Positions 7,831 to 17,994 of a stretch of 26,961 nucleotides of DNA are shown here, one piece after another (within the stretch, counting starts at the first letter, position 1; each line of letters begins with the position of its first letter). Source of the DNA: Nitrospirota bacterium (GTDB lineage: Bacteria > Nitrospirota > UBA9217); assembly GCA_035623825.1 (NCBI GenBank), contig DASPSR010000025.1, positions 1 to 26,961 on the forward strand, in the 5' to 3' direction. The notes below the pieces were generated by a model, which searched no databases, was not told the DNA's origin, and saw only the letters and a list, made by a program, of their open reading frames with translations. Made by a program: the position numbers and the translations under genes.

Positions 7831-8118
7831 TCACTCTGCCTCTATCGTTGAGATCAAAGATAAAGACTGCAGCTCATCTCTATCTAGCTCTGCTTTCTCG
7901 AAGGGCTCAACGATGCAGATTGCAACACCTTTCTGATGTGCCTCCAGCATGACCCGTTCGCACTCTGTCTGTTCAAAACGGAACACGTGCATGAGTGACT
8001 TCACCACGTGCTCCATTGTGTTGCGGTCATCATTATGGAGCAGGACCTTGTAGAGAGGGATATGCGTCGTATGGTGTTCAAGAACCGTTCCTGTCTTTGT
8101 CGAGGGGTCTGCAGTCAT
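7831..8118 (-). CDS. clpS: ATP-dependent Clp protease adaptor ClpS
   Basis: LYKVLLHNDDRNTMEHVV...VMLEAHQKGVA...STIEAE; SD GGGAG before ATG 8118. Confidence 0.92.
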   Translation of the reverse strand: MTADPSTKTGTVLEHHTTHIPLYKVLLHNDDRNTMEHVVKSLMHVFRFEQTECERVMLEAHQKGVAICIVEPFEKAELDRDELQSLSLISTIEAE

Positions 8119-8441
8119 TGCACTCCCAATCAATCGGGATCATACTCGGGTTCACATGTGTAATATTCTCACTGTGAGATAAGCATCATTAAGAATATCA
8201 TGAATTCATCGATTGTCAAGTGTGTCAAGCCCCTGCTTTTTCTATTTTTTTCTTCAGTTGTCCTCCATGCTCCGGTCCTGACCCACACTTGGGAAATATA
8301 ATTATTTAGTATGACGTTTCATTCACCTATAGTCCTATGCGAATTAGGGCCATTGGTGTCGAGTTTAAGCAAAAGGTCTAGACTCTCTGCATTGAGGTCC
8401 CCTTTTTGTGAATGTGCCTACTTCTAACGCAGATGACAATG

Positions 8442-8496
8442 TTGACAGAGCCAATTTCCTGTGATATTTTTAAATAGAGAGGACATTATATGTCCT
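8442..8496 (+). promoter_or_regulatory. sigma70 promoter plus palindromic operator for the NmrA-like gene
   Basis: TTGACA (8442)-N17-TATTTT with extended TG; inverted repeat AGGACAT-tat-ATGTCCT at 8480-8496 just after the predicted +1. Confidence 0.65.
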
Positions 8497-8535
8497 GTTT
8501 TATCGTTTAATCGCTGTTTCGAGGGAGGGTTGGTT

Positions 8536-9432
8536 ATGTTTACTATTTTGGGTGCGACAGGCAACGTCGGAAGGAGGATAGCCGACATCCTCATAAGTAA
8601 AGGTGAAAAGGTCCGGCTCGTTTCGCGGTCCGTTGATCGGTTGAGGCCGTTTGTCGGCAAGCAGGCAGTCGCGTTTGCAGGCGACGCGCTAGACACAGAG
8701 TTCCTCGTGAAGGCATTCATGGGCTCTGATGCTGTGTTCACGTTGATCCCGCCGAATATCAAGGCAGAGAACATGCTTGCTTACGCCGACAAGGTCGGCG
8801 AAAGCATCGCACGAGCCCTGGAGATCGCGAAGGTCAAATACGTCGTGAATCTCTCTAGTGTTGGCGCCGAACAGTCCGAAGGCAGCGGGCCCATCATTGG
8901 ACTTCATCGCCAGGAAGAGCGGCTGAACAGGATCAAGGGGTTGAACGTACTGCACCTGCGTGCAGCGTTCTTTATGGAAAACTTCCTCGCCAATTTTGAC
9001 CTGATCAGGTCGCGAAGCATTTTGGGCACCGCGATCAGGGGCGATATGAAGTTTCCAATGATCGCCACCAAAGACGTAGCAGCATTTGCCGCCGAACGCC
9101 TTGTCAGATGCGATTTTTCTGGATCGTCTGTTCGTTATCTGCTCGGCCAGCGTGATCTCAGCATGATCGATGCTTCTGAGATCATCAGCAGGAAGATCGA
9201 CAAGCCCAGTCTTGTCTATGTGATGTTCCCCTACGATGAGGCTGAGAAGGGGCTTATATCCGCTGGTATATCACCGGAGATGAGCAGTCGTTACGTAGAA
9301 ATGAGCAAGGCATTCAACGATGGCCGCATTGTCGCTAATCGCACAAGGGAGAGCACAACGCCGACATCGTTCGAAGATTTCTGCGATGAGGTGTTCGTAC
9401 CTTTGTTCACGCATGCAAGAGCAGCGGCGTGA
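8536..9432 (+). CDS. NmrA-like NAD(P)-binding atypical SDR
   Basis: MFTILGATGNVG Rossmann motif; VNLSSVGA, LRAAFFMEN, IATKDVA; SD GGGAGGG. Confidence 0.9.
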   Translation: MFTILGATGNVGRRIADILISKGEKVRLVSRSVDRLRPFVGKQAVAFAGDALDTEFLVKAFMGSDAVFTLIPPNIKAENMLAYADKVGESIARALEIAKVKYVVNLSSVGAEQSEGSGPIIGLHRQEERLNRIKGLNVLHLRAAFFMENFLANFDLIRSRSILGTAIRGDMKFPMIATKDVAAFAAERLVRCDFSGSSVRYLLGQRDLSMIDASEIISRKIDKPSLVYVMFPYDEAEKGLISAGISPEMSSRYVEMSKAFNDGRIVANRTRESTTPTSFEDFCDEVFVPLFTHARAAA

Positions 9433-9910
9433 CCCAGATGGACGCCGCGCGGAAGACCCTGCAAGGTATCGGATAGTTGATATGACATTTTATTAGCGGG
9501 AGGACGTATTTTACAGTCTCTTTCGAGCTGAGGGCAGATTGGATTTTCCCTTTTCTTCTGGAGTCCGGGTGATAGTATTTCTTCAAATTGTCCGATATCG
9601 CGGATGATGGGGAGATGATACGTGCAATTCCGGGCTCCTTTACCTACTTAAACCGCGGTGTCTCACTCCTGTTGCCTTAAATCGCTGTCATACCATGTTC
9701 CATGCAGTTTAAATTTTTCTTTTCTTCAACCCCGATTTATAGTATAAATAAGCTATTTTAGAAGTCATGACGATTCCCTAACCTCATCTGAAGGAAAGCG
9801 GGGCAGTATGTCTACCGGATGCCGGGACGGCTTGCATAGATGGATTGCTGCCACTGGTAGCCGGAGCGTCGGGCGCGGTCGTGGAACTATAAGATAAATA
9901 AGGGGTATCG

Positions 9911-10306
9911 ATGGAAACGATGAGAGAAGCACAACGAGAGCCTGTAATCGGTAATCGAGACTGTAGCCTGGGCATAATAACGCTCAAACATTTTGAATGG
10001 AAAGCCCATGAAGCCAAGCTCGTCGACCTCAGCACAAAGGGGGTCGGAATCGAAGCGAATGCCCATCTCGAGCGAGGCTTTGTCTGGTTCAAGGACCGGG
10101 TCGGTGGACATAAAGGCGGGGTGCTCGTCTGGAGCAAGCAGCTGGGCGACAAATACCGCGCTGGGATAAAATTTCTCAACCTGTCCCGTGACGAGGAGGA
10201 ATACGTAGAGGAGCGCATTGACCGCTTTAAGCCCCACGTGCCACTTCGCGAACCGGAGCAGATCATTTCGACTCTGATTGAGTCTGAAAAAAAAGAGGGG
10301 CACTGA
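9911..10306 (+). CDS. Stand-alone PilZ-domain protein, paralog 1
   Basis: REAQR (RxxxR) and DLSTKG (DxSxxG) c-di-GMP-binding motifs; G-x-x-VW...YRAGIKF. Confidence 0.8.
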   Translation: METMREAQREPVIGNRDCSLGIITLKHFEWKAHEAKLVDLSTKGVGIEANAHLERGFVWFKDRVGGHKGGVLVWSKQLGDKYRAGIKFLNLSRDEEEYVEERIDRFKPHVPLREPEQIISTLIESEKKEGH

Positions 10307-10465
10307 ACGCAAGAACACAGCAGGTGTGACTTTTTCATCTTCTCTTATGCTCGCGATCACGTCAGCTTGGAGTAAATGGCTCCGTGAGGAAATATGTCGG
10401 GACGCCCGTCGTCCGATGTCATTGCTCGGTGGCCATTTGATCAATCTGCAACCAAGAGGAACGCA

Positions 10466-10861
10466 ATGAATAACAAGAGGGACGTGCAAAGGCAGCCGAT
10501 CACCGTGAAACGGGATTGTAACCTCGGAATCATAACGTTCAAACAGCTCGAATGGAAAGACCACGTTGCTCACATTGTTGATCTCAGCAAAAAAGGAATC
10601 GGCGTTGAGTCCATCTCTTATCTCGAGCCGGGCTTTGTCTGGTTCAAGGACAGGGTCGGCGGTCATAGAGGCGGGGTCCTGGTCTGGAGCAAGCAGCTCG
10701 GCGCCAAATATCGTGCGGGAATAAAATTTCTCGCCCTTTCCCGCGACGCAGAACGGTCCGTTCAGGAACACCTTTCACGATCAAAGCCCCACACTCCGGT
10801 CCGCGATCCTGAAAAAATTATTGCGACCCTCATGGAGTCAATTGACAGAAACGAGAGCTGA
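10466..10861 (+). CDS. Stand-alone PilZ-domain protein, paralog 2
   Basis: RDVQR and DLSKKG motifs; SD AGAGGA before ATG 10466; colinear with paralog 1. Confidence 0.8.
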   Translation: MNNKRDVQRQPITVKRDCNLGIITFKQLEWKDHVAHIVDLSKKGIGVESISYLEPGFVWFKDRVGGHRGGVLVWSKQLGAKYRAGIKFLALSRDAERSVQEHLSRSKPHTPVRDPEKIIATLMESIDRNES

Positions 10862-10942
10862 GAACGGGCATCAGCTTCGCCCTGAAGGAGCCGCATCGAC
10901 ATTCGGTCAGCATGATACGCTCTCTTGTGGCAGGATCAAACT

Positions 10943-11647
10943 TCATGAATCCCGATATTTGGGGCGCAAGACCGTTTTTCTCCCGACAAAGGCCTCAATC
11001 GCGCATTTTGCCTCTAAAGGAAGAGAGGCGAATTTTACGCCGTACCAGTTGTTGTGACATCGTGTAGAGTTTTTGACGACCCTCACTATTTCCCCTCTAG
11101 TCTCCATCCGCGTCGAATCGGGCATGATGAAGGAGCATTCTATCCTGTCGCCTCGTTCGAGGTTTTTGTGCGTTTCCACAAGCATGCCCGTTGCGCTTAT
11201 ATTTTCTGAACTGCAGGTGAACGGTCTGCTCAGAAGATGCCCCTCACGGCGAACGATGATGAGCACCCGGCAGGACTCCCTCGAGGATATGTGCAGGAGT
11301 TCCTGCACCTTATCCAGTAGCAGGGCGGCATTGACCGGCAGCGTCATGACGGCGTTCGCCCTGCAACGCTCGCTCATCGCAATGTTCTTTTCGTCATCGG
11401 GTGAGTAGACGATTATCGATACCCGGCGGAGAGTCTTTATTGCCCTGATCACGGAACAGAGGTCGCCCGTGCCCATGCCAGGAATGTTAATCAGCGTGAT
11501 GATCAGATCAACCTTCTCGTCGCCATGTATCTTCAACACTTCTTCGTTCGAGTACGCAGTGAATATTTTGATATCCGGCCGCTCGAGAAAGTTCGTTTCC
11601 AGTTCAAGAGGGCGTTTGATCTTGTCCATGATAATGATCTTTTTCAT
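10943..11647 (-). CDS. Receiver-like domain fused to PilZ domain
   Basis: N-terminal REC-like MKKIIIMD...VDLIITLINIPGMGTG; C-terminal RESCR and NISATG motifs, then GEIVRV...YGVKF. Confidence 0.85.
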   Translation of the reverse strand: MKKIIIMDKIKRPLELETNFLERPDIKIFTAYSNEEVLKIHGDEKVDLIITLINIPGMGTGDLCSVIRAIKTLRRVSIIVYSPDDEKNIAMSERCRANAVMTLPVNAALLLDKVQELLHISSRESCRVLIIVRREGHLLSRPFTCSSENISATGMLVETHKNLERGDRIECSFIMPDSTRMETRGEIVRVVKNSTRCHNNWYGVKFASLPLEAKCAIEAFVGRKTVLRPKYRDS

Positions 11648-12184
11648 TGCCTAACGACCCCCCTGAGAACCTGCCGCTGTGCTTCCGCTGCGTTTAAAAA
11701 CCATTGTATCAACTTTTCAGTGAAGGCGTTGTGATGGAAATCACACGGTATCCCTTTTGCAGACGATGACGCCGGCGACGATTGTTGCCCTCATGGTGTA
11801 ACATTTCTTTCCGAATGCACGCCGCGCCAAAATGCTCACGAGCTCGAGTGGCGCGGTGAAGCAAACAAAAAATGTTGAAATCCAGACGGCTTTATGACAT
11901 AATCGAAACGAAAAAGAATGGCAGAAATGGGGCGGATACATCTTGGAAAGATTCTGTTTTGTATGATTGCCCTGCCCGGTTTTCCAGTTTAGCCCAACAT
12001 GTAACATTGATCGCGTTCAGAGAACGATTCTTTTCGATGATTGCTTCCGGATAGGTATTCCGAAGTCCCTTTCATTCTGCCGGAAGCCCTTGCTGCCATG
12101 CGCAAGCCCGGCGTATTCCCGTTTTCCTTGCAGAAATGACCCGCTGATAATAGCACTGATCGTTACACACAGCATGAGGCAGAA

Positions 12185-12841
12185 ATGGCAAAGATTACAG
12201 CGTACCTTGAGCTCTATGGACTCGTTTCGCTTGAAAAGCAGGAGAAGCTTGCTCGGTTTATCGGCGAGCACGCTATGGAGTTGGACATTGATTCCGGAAA
12301 AATCCGCTTCAGTGACGATCTTGAGGTTCCCTTCCAGCTGATCGGTACGGAATCGGGGAATACGCTCACCTGGCTGTGGGCATGGGCAGACGAGCAGCCG
12401 GATGTTCCTGTGCATCTCCTCTCAGCGGCGTTTCAACTGAAAGACTGGGGAGAAAAGCATGATGTGCAGGAATTCCGCTCCCCGTCCGTGGACCTCAACA
12501 GGGCCGATGGGCCGGTTATTTCTCTTATTGCATCGGAGGTCTGCAACGCGAGTTGTTATTACCGCGACCCCTACGAGGGAGGCGCGCTCTATGTCCTGCT
12601 CTTTGATAAGAGCATCGACGCTCAGCCGCCGCTAGACCTCGCGGGCCTGACTCGAGGATTGTCAAACCTGATTTCCCTCTATGAGTTCAATCACAGGAAC
12701 GCCCTCCTATCTTATTTTCGCATGAAGGGCCTGTCTCCTGCTGAAAGCGGATCAAAGGTCATCTGCGAACTTGGATCCGGAGAGCAGATGATCGCTGAAT
12801 TTGACGATTCCGGCAGGCTGAGGTTCCCGAACGAAGCATAA
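12185..12841 (+). CDS. Hypothetical protein (DUF6882-like)
   Basis: 218 aa ORF with SD GAGG; QLIGTES...TWLWAWA motif. Family name from memory. Confidence 0.75.
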   Translation: MAKITAYLELYGLVSLEKQEKLARFIGEHAMELDIDSGKIRFSDDLEVPFQLIGTESGNTLTWLWAWADEQPDVPVHLLSAAFQLKDWGEKHDVQEFRSPSVDLNRADGPVISLIASEVCNASCYYRDPYEGGALYVLLFDKSIDAQPPLDLAGLTRGLSNLISLYEFNHRNALLSYFRMKGLSPAESGSKVICELGSGEQMIAEFDDSGRLRFPNEA

Positions 12842-12887
12842 TCGACACTTAACGTCGTTATCTAGACCGCTATGAATGGAGTGTTCT

Positions 12888-13676
12888 ATGAGTCTGCTTG
12901 ACAACCTAGAAAGAAAATTACGGCGATATGCTGTTCCTAATGTGACGTTGTACCTCATAATCGGGCAGGTCTTATTTTTCCTGTTCGTCATGTCGGGCCG
13001 GTTCGATCTCGGACGCGTGGACCTGGTCCCTTACCTCGTCATGACGGGAGAATGGTGGCGGCTTATCACGTTTCTGTTCATCCCTCCCCTTGCGAACCCT
13101 ATCTTCACCTTCTTTGCCTGGTACCTTTTTTACCTTATGGGGAGCGCCTTGGAAGGCTATTGGGGCGCATTCCGGTACAATCTCTTTCTTCTAATCGGAT
13201 ATATCGTGACCGTCGCCATTTCCTTTATCATGCCGCTGTATCCGGCTACAAATGTGTTCATCGGAGGCTCGGTGTTCCTGGCCTTTGCATTCCTATATCC
13301 AGAGTTCCAACTGTATATATTTTTTGTTATCCCGGTCAAGATCAAATGGCTTGCGCTCCTTACATGGATCGGCTATGCCTATGAGCTTCTCGTCGGATCA
13401 GCACAGACTCGTCTCCTCGTGCTTGCCTCAATCAGCAACCTTCTACTATTCTTCGGCAAAGACATCCTGTGGAGATTGAAGACGGGCAGCCGGCGAATGA
13501 CGGAACAGGTCCATGGGTACTCCGGCAAGAAGGAACCTTTTCACAAATGTTGCATTTGCGGCATAACCGACCTGTCCAATCCCCAGATGGAATTCCGGTA
13601 CTGCTCCGAATGCGGCGGACTTGGGTATTGCAAGGACCACATCATGACTCACAAACATGTGAAGAAAGGGAAATGA
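12888..13676 (+). CDS. Rhomboid-superfamily-like membrane protein with C-terminal Cys/His Zn-binding domain
   Basis: GEWWRLITFLF, multiple TM helices, PVKIKW; C-terminal HKCCICG...FRYCSEC...YCKDH. Confidence 0.85.
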   Translation: MSLLDNLERKLRRYAVPNVTLYLIIGQVLFFLFVMSGRFDLGRVDLVPYLVMTGEWWRLITFLFIPPLANPIFTFFAWYLFYLMGSALEGYWGAFRYNLFLLIGYIVTVAISFIMPLYPATNVFIGGSVFLAFAFLYPEFQLYIFFVIPVKIKWLALLTWIGYAYELLVGSAQTRLLVLASISNLLLFFGKDILWRLKTGSRRMTEQVHGYSGKKEPFHKCCICGITDLSNPQMEFRYCSECGGLGYCKDHIMTHKHVKKGK

Positions 13677-13840
13677 GAACGGCCGGGTCGGGTGAAATCT
13701 TGGTTCACGGGTGCCCCCAAGGTCGGGCAATGATTTAAAGTCAAGCGGGAAAAAGGAATCTGATACCTTGCTTCACCTCGGAGATTGACATAAATCCGTC
13801 TGATTCACCCGTTCCCGCCTCTTCGAAAGTCAAACAGCAC

Positions 13841-14353
13841 TTATCCAGCATCTCGCTGATGCGGCAGTCGGACCGCTTTCTCCATTATAAAGTCATCCAT
13901 GACGAAATCATTCCCGATGTCCTGAACGATAGGGCCGACGTTTCTGAAACCCATTTTTTCATATGCCTTGATGGCATTGGCGTTGTTCTTGTTTACCGTG
14001 AGCACGATTTTCCGTAATCCTTTTTCCAGTGCGAGATTTTCAGCAAAGCGAACCGCCTTCTTCCCGTACCCTCTGTTCCTGCTTGATGATCTTACGTAGA
14101 TTTTGCTTAAAAACAGTTCAGAACCCTTTGGCTGGACTGCGATATAGCCGATGAATTCCTCGTCCTCCTTCATCAGGAAATAGAGAGCTCCATCCCTGAT
14201 CTGCTCTGATATGGCTCGTTTGGACTGGAACCTGTCGAGCATGTAATCCACCTGCTCTATGCCGATGATGGCGACGTAATGCTCGGTCCAGATTTCCCTT
14301 GCCAATGATTCGACGATTTCTATTTGATGCTCGGCCAAGACTTCAAGAAACAT
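13841..14353 (-). CDS. GNAT family N-acetyltransferase
   Basis: LSKIYV..RNRGYG (motif A), LTVNKNN..AIKAYEKMGF. Confidence 0.9.
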   Translation of the reverse strand: MFLEVLAEHQIEIVESLAREIWTEHYVAIIGIEQVDYMLDRFQSKRAISEQIRDGALYFLMKEDEEFIGYIAVQPKGSELFLSKIYVRSSSRNRGYGKKAVRFAENLALEKGLRKIVLTVNKNNANAIKAYEKMGFRNVGPIVQDIGNDFVMDDFIMEKAVRLPHQRDAG

Positions 14354-14602
14354 AAGGGCTTTGTGTCATCGAGCTGACGACTCCTTTTCCGTTAATGATG
14401 GAAGGAAGTGTAGCAGATAATGGTTTTCTTGTAAAATATGAACATAACGCGTCGATATGATTATGTTATAATGATCAATCCCTGGCTTTTATCCTTGCGA
14501 CGGCGGCATATCAAGCAGTAGAATGCCGTAAGATAATCGCACTGTTCACCGGCAAATGATTCTTTCCGATAATCGCGCCACCTGGTTCAGTGGCCAAACT
14601 TT

Positions 14603-14875
14603 ATGTTGAACGATCCTGCTGAAATACCCATTGACGGCACGCTGGATTTGCATACTTTCCAGCCGGATGAAGTGAAGGACCTCGTACCGGAGTATCTTGA
14701 AGAATGCAGAATGCGCGGCATCCTTCAAGTACGCATCATTCACGGGAAAGGAACGGGAACACTTAGGCGCACCGTGCAATCAATTCTTGAAGGACTTCCG
14801 TACGTAAAATCGTTTCGGACCGCAGATGAAGCGGCAGGAGGATGGGGAGCGACGATCGTCACGCTTCGGACATGA
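14603..14875 (+). CDS. Stand-alone Smr/MutS2-domain protein
   Basis: LDLH...[13 protein letters not shown]...GGWGATIV. Confidence 0.92.
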   Translation: MLNDPAEIPIDGTLDLHTFQPDEVKDLVPEYLEECRMRGILQVRIIHGKGTGTLRRTVQSILEGLPYVKSFRTADEAAGGWGATIVTLRT

Positions 14876-15135
14876 GGGAAGCGTTCTTCAACGAATATCG
14901 GTATGCCGCCTCGCCATTGCTGCCTGTACTCTATCTGGCGCGTTAAGTCCGCGTCTTGTCCGAGCATTGCCCTGTTGAGCCTAACCTTTGTCTGAAAAGT
15001 AAAAGGCAGGTGAGCATCCCCTGCCTTGCGTTAACTGTTAAAACGATATCAAATGGCGAAAAATTTACTGCGAGTCATCCGGTTTCATCCCCGACAGGAA
15101 TCGGGAAAGATAGTCCTGATGTCTGTTCGTCCGGA

Positions 15136-16671
15136 TTAAGTGGTGGTTCTCATCGGGATCTTAAGCCGCTGCCCGACTCGAAGATAGTTTCCACGACGAA
15201 GGTTGTTCGCTTCCATGATCCTCTGAGGGCTCGTCCGGTACCGGAGGGCAATCAGTGAAAGGGTCTCTCCGCGCCGCACGCGATGGACAACGTATTCCAC
15301 TTTCGGCGGAGACCATTTCGGCAGCCCGTCAAGCGCTGCCGTGAGAATATCGCCTTTTCCCGGCGGAACCTTGAGAGCATAGGTAGCATCGGGTGTGGCG
15401 TTGCGCCTTAGCTCGGGGTTCAGCACAGTAAGGTCCTCCATATCGACGTCCAGGGTATCCGCAATGGTCTTTAAATGGATCGGACGTTCGATGGTAACCG
15501 TCTCGTGCGAGATGGGTTGGTCAGGCTCTCCCAAGGTAAAACCGTACTGAGCCGGGTCCTTGATGATGGCGAGGACGGCGAGGAACCTCGGGTAATATCG
15601 TGCCGTTTCACGCGGAAGGCGCTCGTAGAAATCCCAGAAGTTATCCAGGTAATCGTTCTTTTGTGTCCTGATCACACGGGCTACCGATCCTTCGCCGCAG
15701 TTGTAGGCCGCGAGCACCGTGGCCCAATCACCGAACATCTGGTGCAGTTCATTGAGGTAGGCGATGGCCGCATCTGTGGACTTCTCGGGGTCCAGACGTT
15801 CATCTATCCAAGCGTTCCTCTTCAGCCCGAACTTGTAACCCGTTGAAGGGATGAACTGCCATAGGCCAAGTGCCCGCGAGCGCGATAAAGCCCTCACCTT
15901 GAATCCGCTTTCGATGAGCGGGAGCCATGAAAGCTCCTCGGGAAGGCCAGCCTCCTTCAAAGCCTTGACGATTTCGCCGCGATACATGCCCGATCGTCTA
16001 TAGGATTCCATAAAGAAATCGCGCTCCGTGGTTTGAAATGACTGTATTTCGCGTTTCACGTGATCATTCACCGTCATGGGGATCTCATTATGATTTCCCT
16101 GAACGGCAACATGCCGGGAGGCGTACATCTCCATAATTCTTTTAGATATCATGAATCGGAGATCTTCTTTTTGCTGAGAGAGTTTTTGATTAGTGTCGGG
16201 GACCTTTAGGATGAGCGCATAGGCCTGATCAAGCGATTCTATTGCCTCGTCCATGTCGTCATCTTCCCAATACTCCTGGGCTGTTTCCGTCAGGTCCAGA
16301 GCGGTGTCCAGGAGCGTCTGATCGTCGTCACTATTGTCTTTTCTGATCCCCGATACGTTCTGATCGTTCTGAGATATAGGGACAGTTTCTGTTGGCGCAG
16401 AATCGATTCCATCTGCGCTGGATGTGATAGATGACACAGTTCTTTCAACATTACTTATGGTATTATTCGATGATGAAGGTGCGGAGGGGATGCTGCTCTT
16501 TCCGTCGGTAACTGGAGTCGTCTGATGAATACAACCGAACAAGAGATAAACCAGTGAGCACAGGCCGACGATACGGTATATGCGGTATGTTGAGCATGAA
16601 ATTATCATGATTAGGCCCAATAATATACGAAAGGCGATAAAATTGCAAATGCAAAATAACAAAAGCGACAT
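15136..16671 (-). CDS. mltD: LysM-containing lytic murein transglycosylase (MltD-like); true start probably later than 16671
   Basis: LPLIESGF, GLWQFIPSTG, AAYNCGEG, LPRETARY; C-terminal LysM HRVRRGETLSLIA...LRVGQRLKIP; possible lipobox LLFGC. Confidence 0.88.
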   Translation of the reverse strand: MSLLLFCICNFIAFRILLGLIMIISCSTYRIYRIVGLCSLVYLLFGCIHQTTPVTDGKSSIPSAPSSSNNTISNVERTVSSITSSADGIDSAPTETVPISQNDQNVSGIRKDNSDDDQTLLDTALDLTETAQEYWEDDDMDEAIESLDQAYALILKVPDTNQKLSQQKEDLRFMISKRIMEMYASRHVAVQGNHNEIPMTVNDHVKREIQSFQTTERDFFMESYRRSGMYRGEIVKALKEAGLPEELSWLPLIESGFKVRALSRSRALGLWQFIPSTGYKFGLKRNAWIDERLDPEKSTDAAIAYLNELHQMFGDWATVLAAYNCGEGSVARVIRTQKNDYLDNFWDFYERLPRETARYYPRFLAVLAIIKDPAQYGFTLGEPDQPISHETVTIERPIHLKTIADTLDVDMEDLTVLNPELRRNATPDATYALKVPPGKGDILTAALDGLPKWSPPKVEYVVHRVRRGETLSLIALRYRTSPQRIMEANNLRRGNYLRVGQRLKIPMRTTT

Positions 16672-16818
16672 TTTTCTTTAAATGTCCTTGCGCGGCAGAG
16701 GATGAGCATTTGACAGGGCAGATGTCTGAGCAATATAGTTATGCACCGAACTTTATCCGTTGCGATGTCTTTTCGACAGAAACAGGCATGCCACATTCGG
16801 CATTATTATGGAGAGACT

Positions 16819-17415
16819 ATGTTTAAGGGCGTCGTCGTACGTTTCAGCTTGATGCTTTTTCTGATATGCCATCTTGTTGCATGCGTAACGCCCCAGCCTA
16901 GACGCACAGGAAGCATTTCAGAGAACGGAAACAAGCCTTCCATAACCATTTCGGATCTGGAAAAGAGTATTCATGACCTCATCAACAGAGAACGGCAAAA
17001 GCACGGGTTGTCCCTGCTCGCTTGGAATGATACGCTATCGTTCATAGCGAAAAAACACAGTCAGGACATGGCGAACAGAAATTACTTCAGCCACAACACG
17101 CCGGAAGGACATGATTTCTCATACCGGTACGGTGAGGCAGGGTATTCTTGCGCCGTCCATGGCCAGGGGAATATCTACTACACAGGTGCTGAAAATATAT
17201 TTCAGAACAATCTATATGACAGTGTCGTGTTCGTCAATGGCGTTGCCCAGTACGACTGGAATTCTGAGAAAAAAATCGCTGAAACAACGGTGGAGGGATG
17301 GATGAGAAGCAAGGGGCACAGGACGAACATCCTCACGCCTTATTGGAGGACCGAGGGTATCGGTGTTGCGATCGCACCCGATGGGAAGGTCTATATAACA
17401 CAGAATTTTTGTTGA
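16819..17415 (+). CDS. CAP/SCP-domain lipoprotein
   Basis: SD GGAGAG; lipobox LVAC; LINRER, HSQDMA..NYFSH, AENI, GWMRSKGHRTNIL, YITQNFC. Confidence 0.9.
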   Translation: MFKGVVVRFSLMLFLICHLVACVTPQPRRTGSISENGNKPSITISDLEKSIHDLINRERQKHGLSLLAWNDTLSFIAKKHSQDMANRNYFSHNTPEGHDFSYRYGEAGYSCAVHGQGNIYYTGAENIFQNNLYDSVVFVNGVAQYDWNSEKKIAETTVEGWMRSKGHRTNILTPYWRTEGIGVAIAPDGKVYITQNFC

Positions 17416-17424
17416 TATTGCCGA

Positions 17425-17808
17425 TCACTGTTTCCAGGCCACAAAATCCATCTCAACGCCGACATCTTTCGGCAGCCGGGAGACCTCTACCGTTGCACGA
17501 GCCGGATGATCATACAGAAAATAACCGCTGTATACCTCGTTCACTGCAGAAAAGTCGTTCATGTTTTTGAGGTAGATAGTCGTCTTGACCACCATGGACA
17601 TGCTGCAGCCCGCTGCGGCAAGAATAGCCTTCCCATTTTCAAGGACCTGCTTAGCTTGGACACGGATGTCGCCATTGACCGGATTTCCCGTTTTCGGGTC
17701 GATCGGTATCTGACCTGAGACAAATACGAATCCAGCGGCATCCACAGCCTGGGAATAAGGACCGATTGCCTGGGGAGCATCTAGAGTTTTTATTATTTTT
17801 TTACTCAT
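17425..17808 (-). CDS. ridA: RidA/YjgF family imine deaminase
   Basis: [30 protein letters not shown]. Confidence 0.93.
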   Translation of the reverse strand: MSKKIIKTLDAPQAIGPYSQAVDAAGFVFVSGQIPIDPKTGNPVNGDIRVQAKQVLENGKAILAAAGCSMSMVVKTTIYLKNMNDFSAVNEVYSGYFLYDHPARATVEVSRLPKDVGVEMDFVAWKQ

Positions 17809-17994
17809 TAAAGTCTCCAGTGATGGTTAAAGTAAACGGCTTATCATGTTGTTTTAATGACAATTTATAAACTTAAAGTAAACCATGAGGTTTTATCACT
17901 TTTGATTTTTTGTCCGGTCATACTGCTCCCTTGCTGTAATTATAGGCATCTATAATAAAACTACGAGGATGTATGATTGCTGTTCTCCGATAAC

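Noticed and set aside
9781-9870. Purine or c-di-GMP-II riboswitch
   Set aside because: Only fragments match (TCTACC); the conserved junction and pseudoknot motifs are missing.
9784-10771. Minus-strand ORFs of 184 and 294 aa
   Set aside because: They are antisense to the two PilZ genes, which carry the real motifs.
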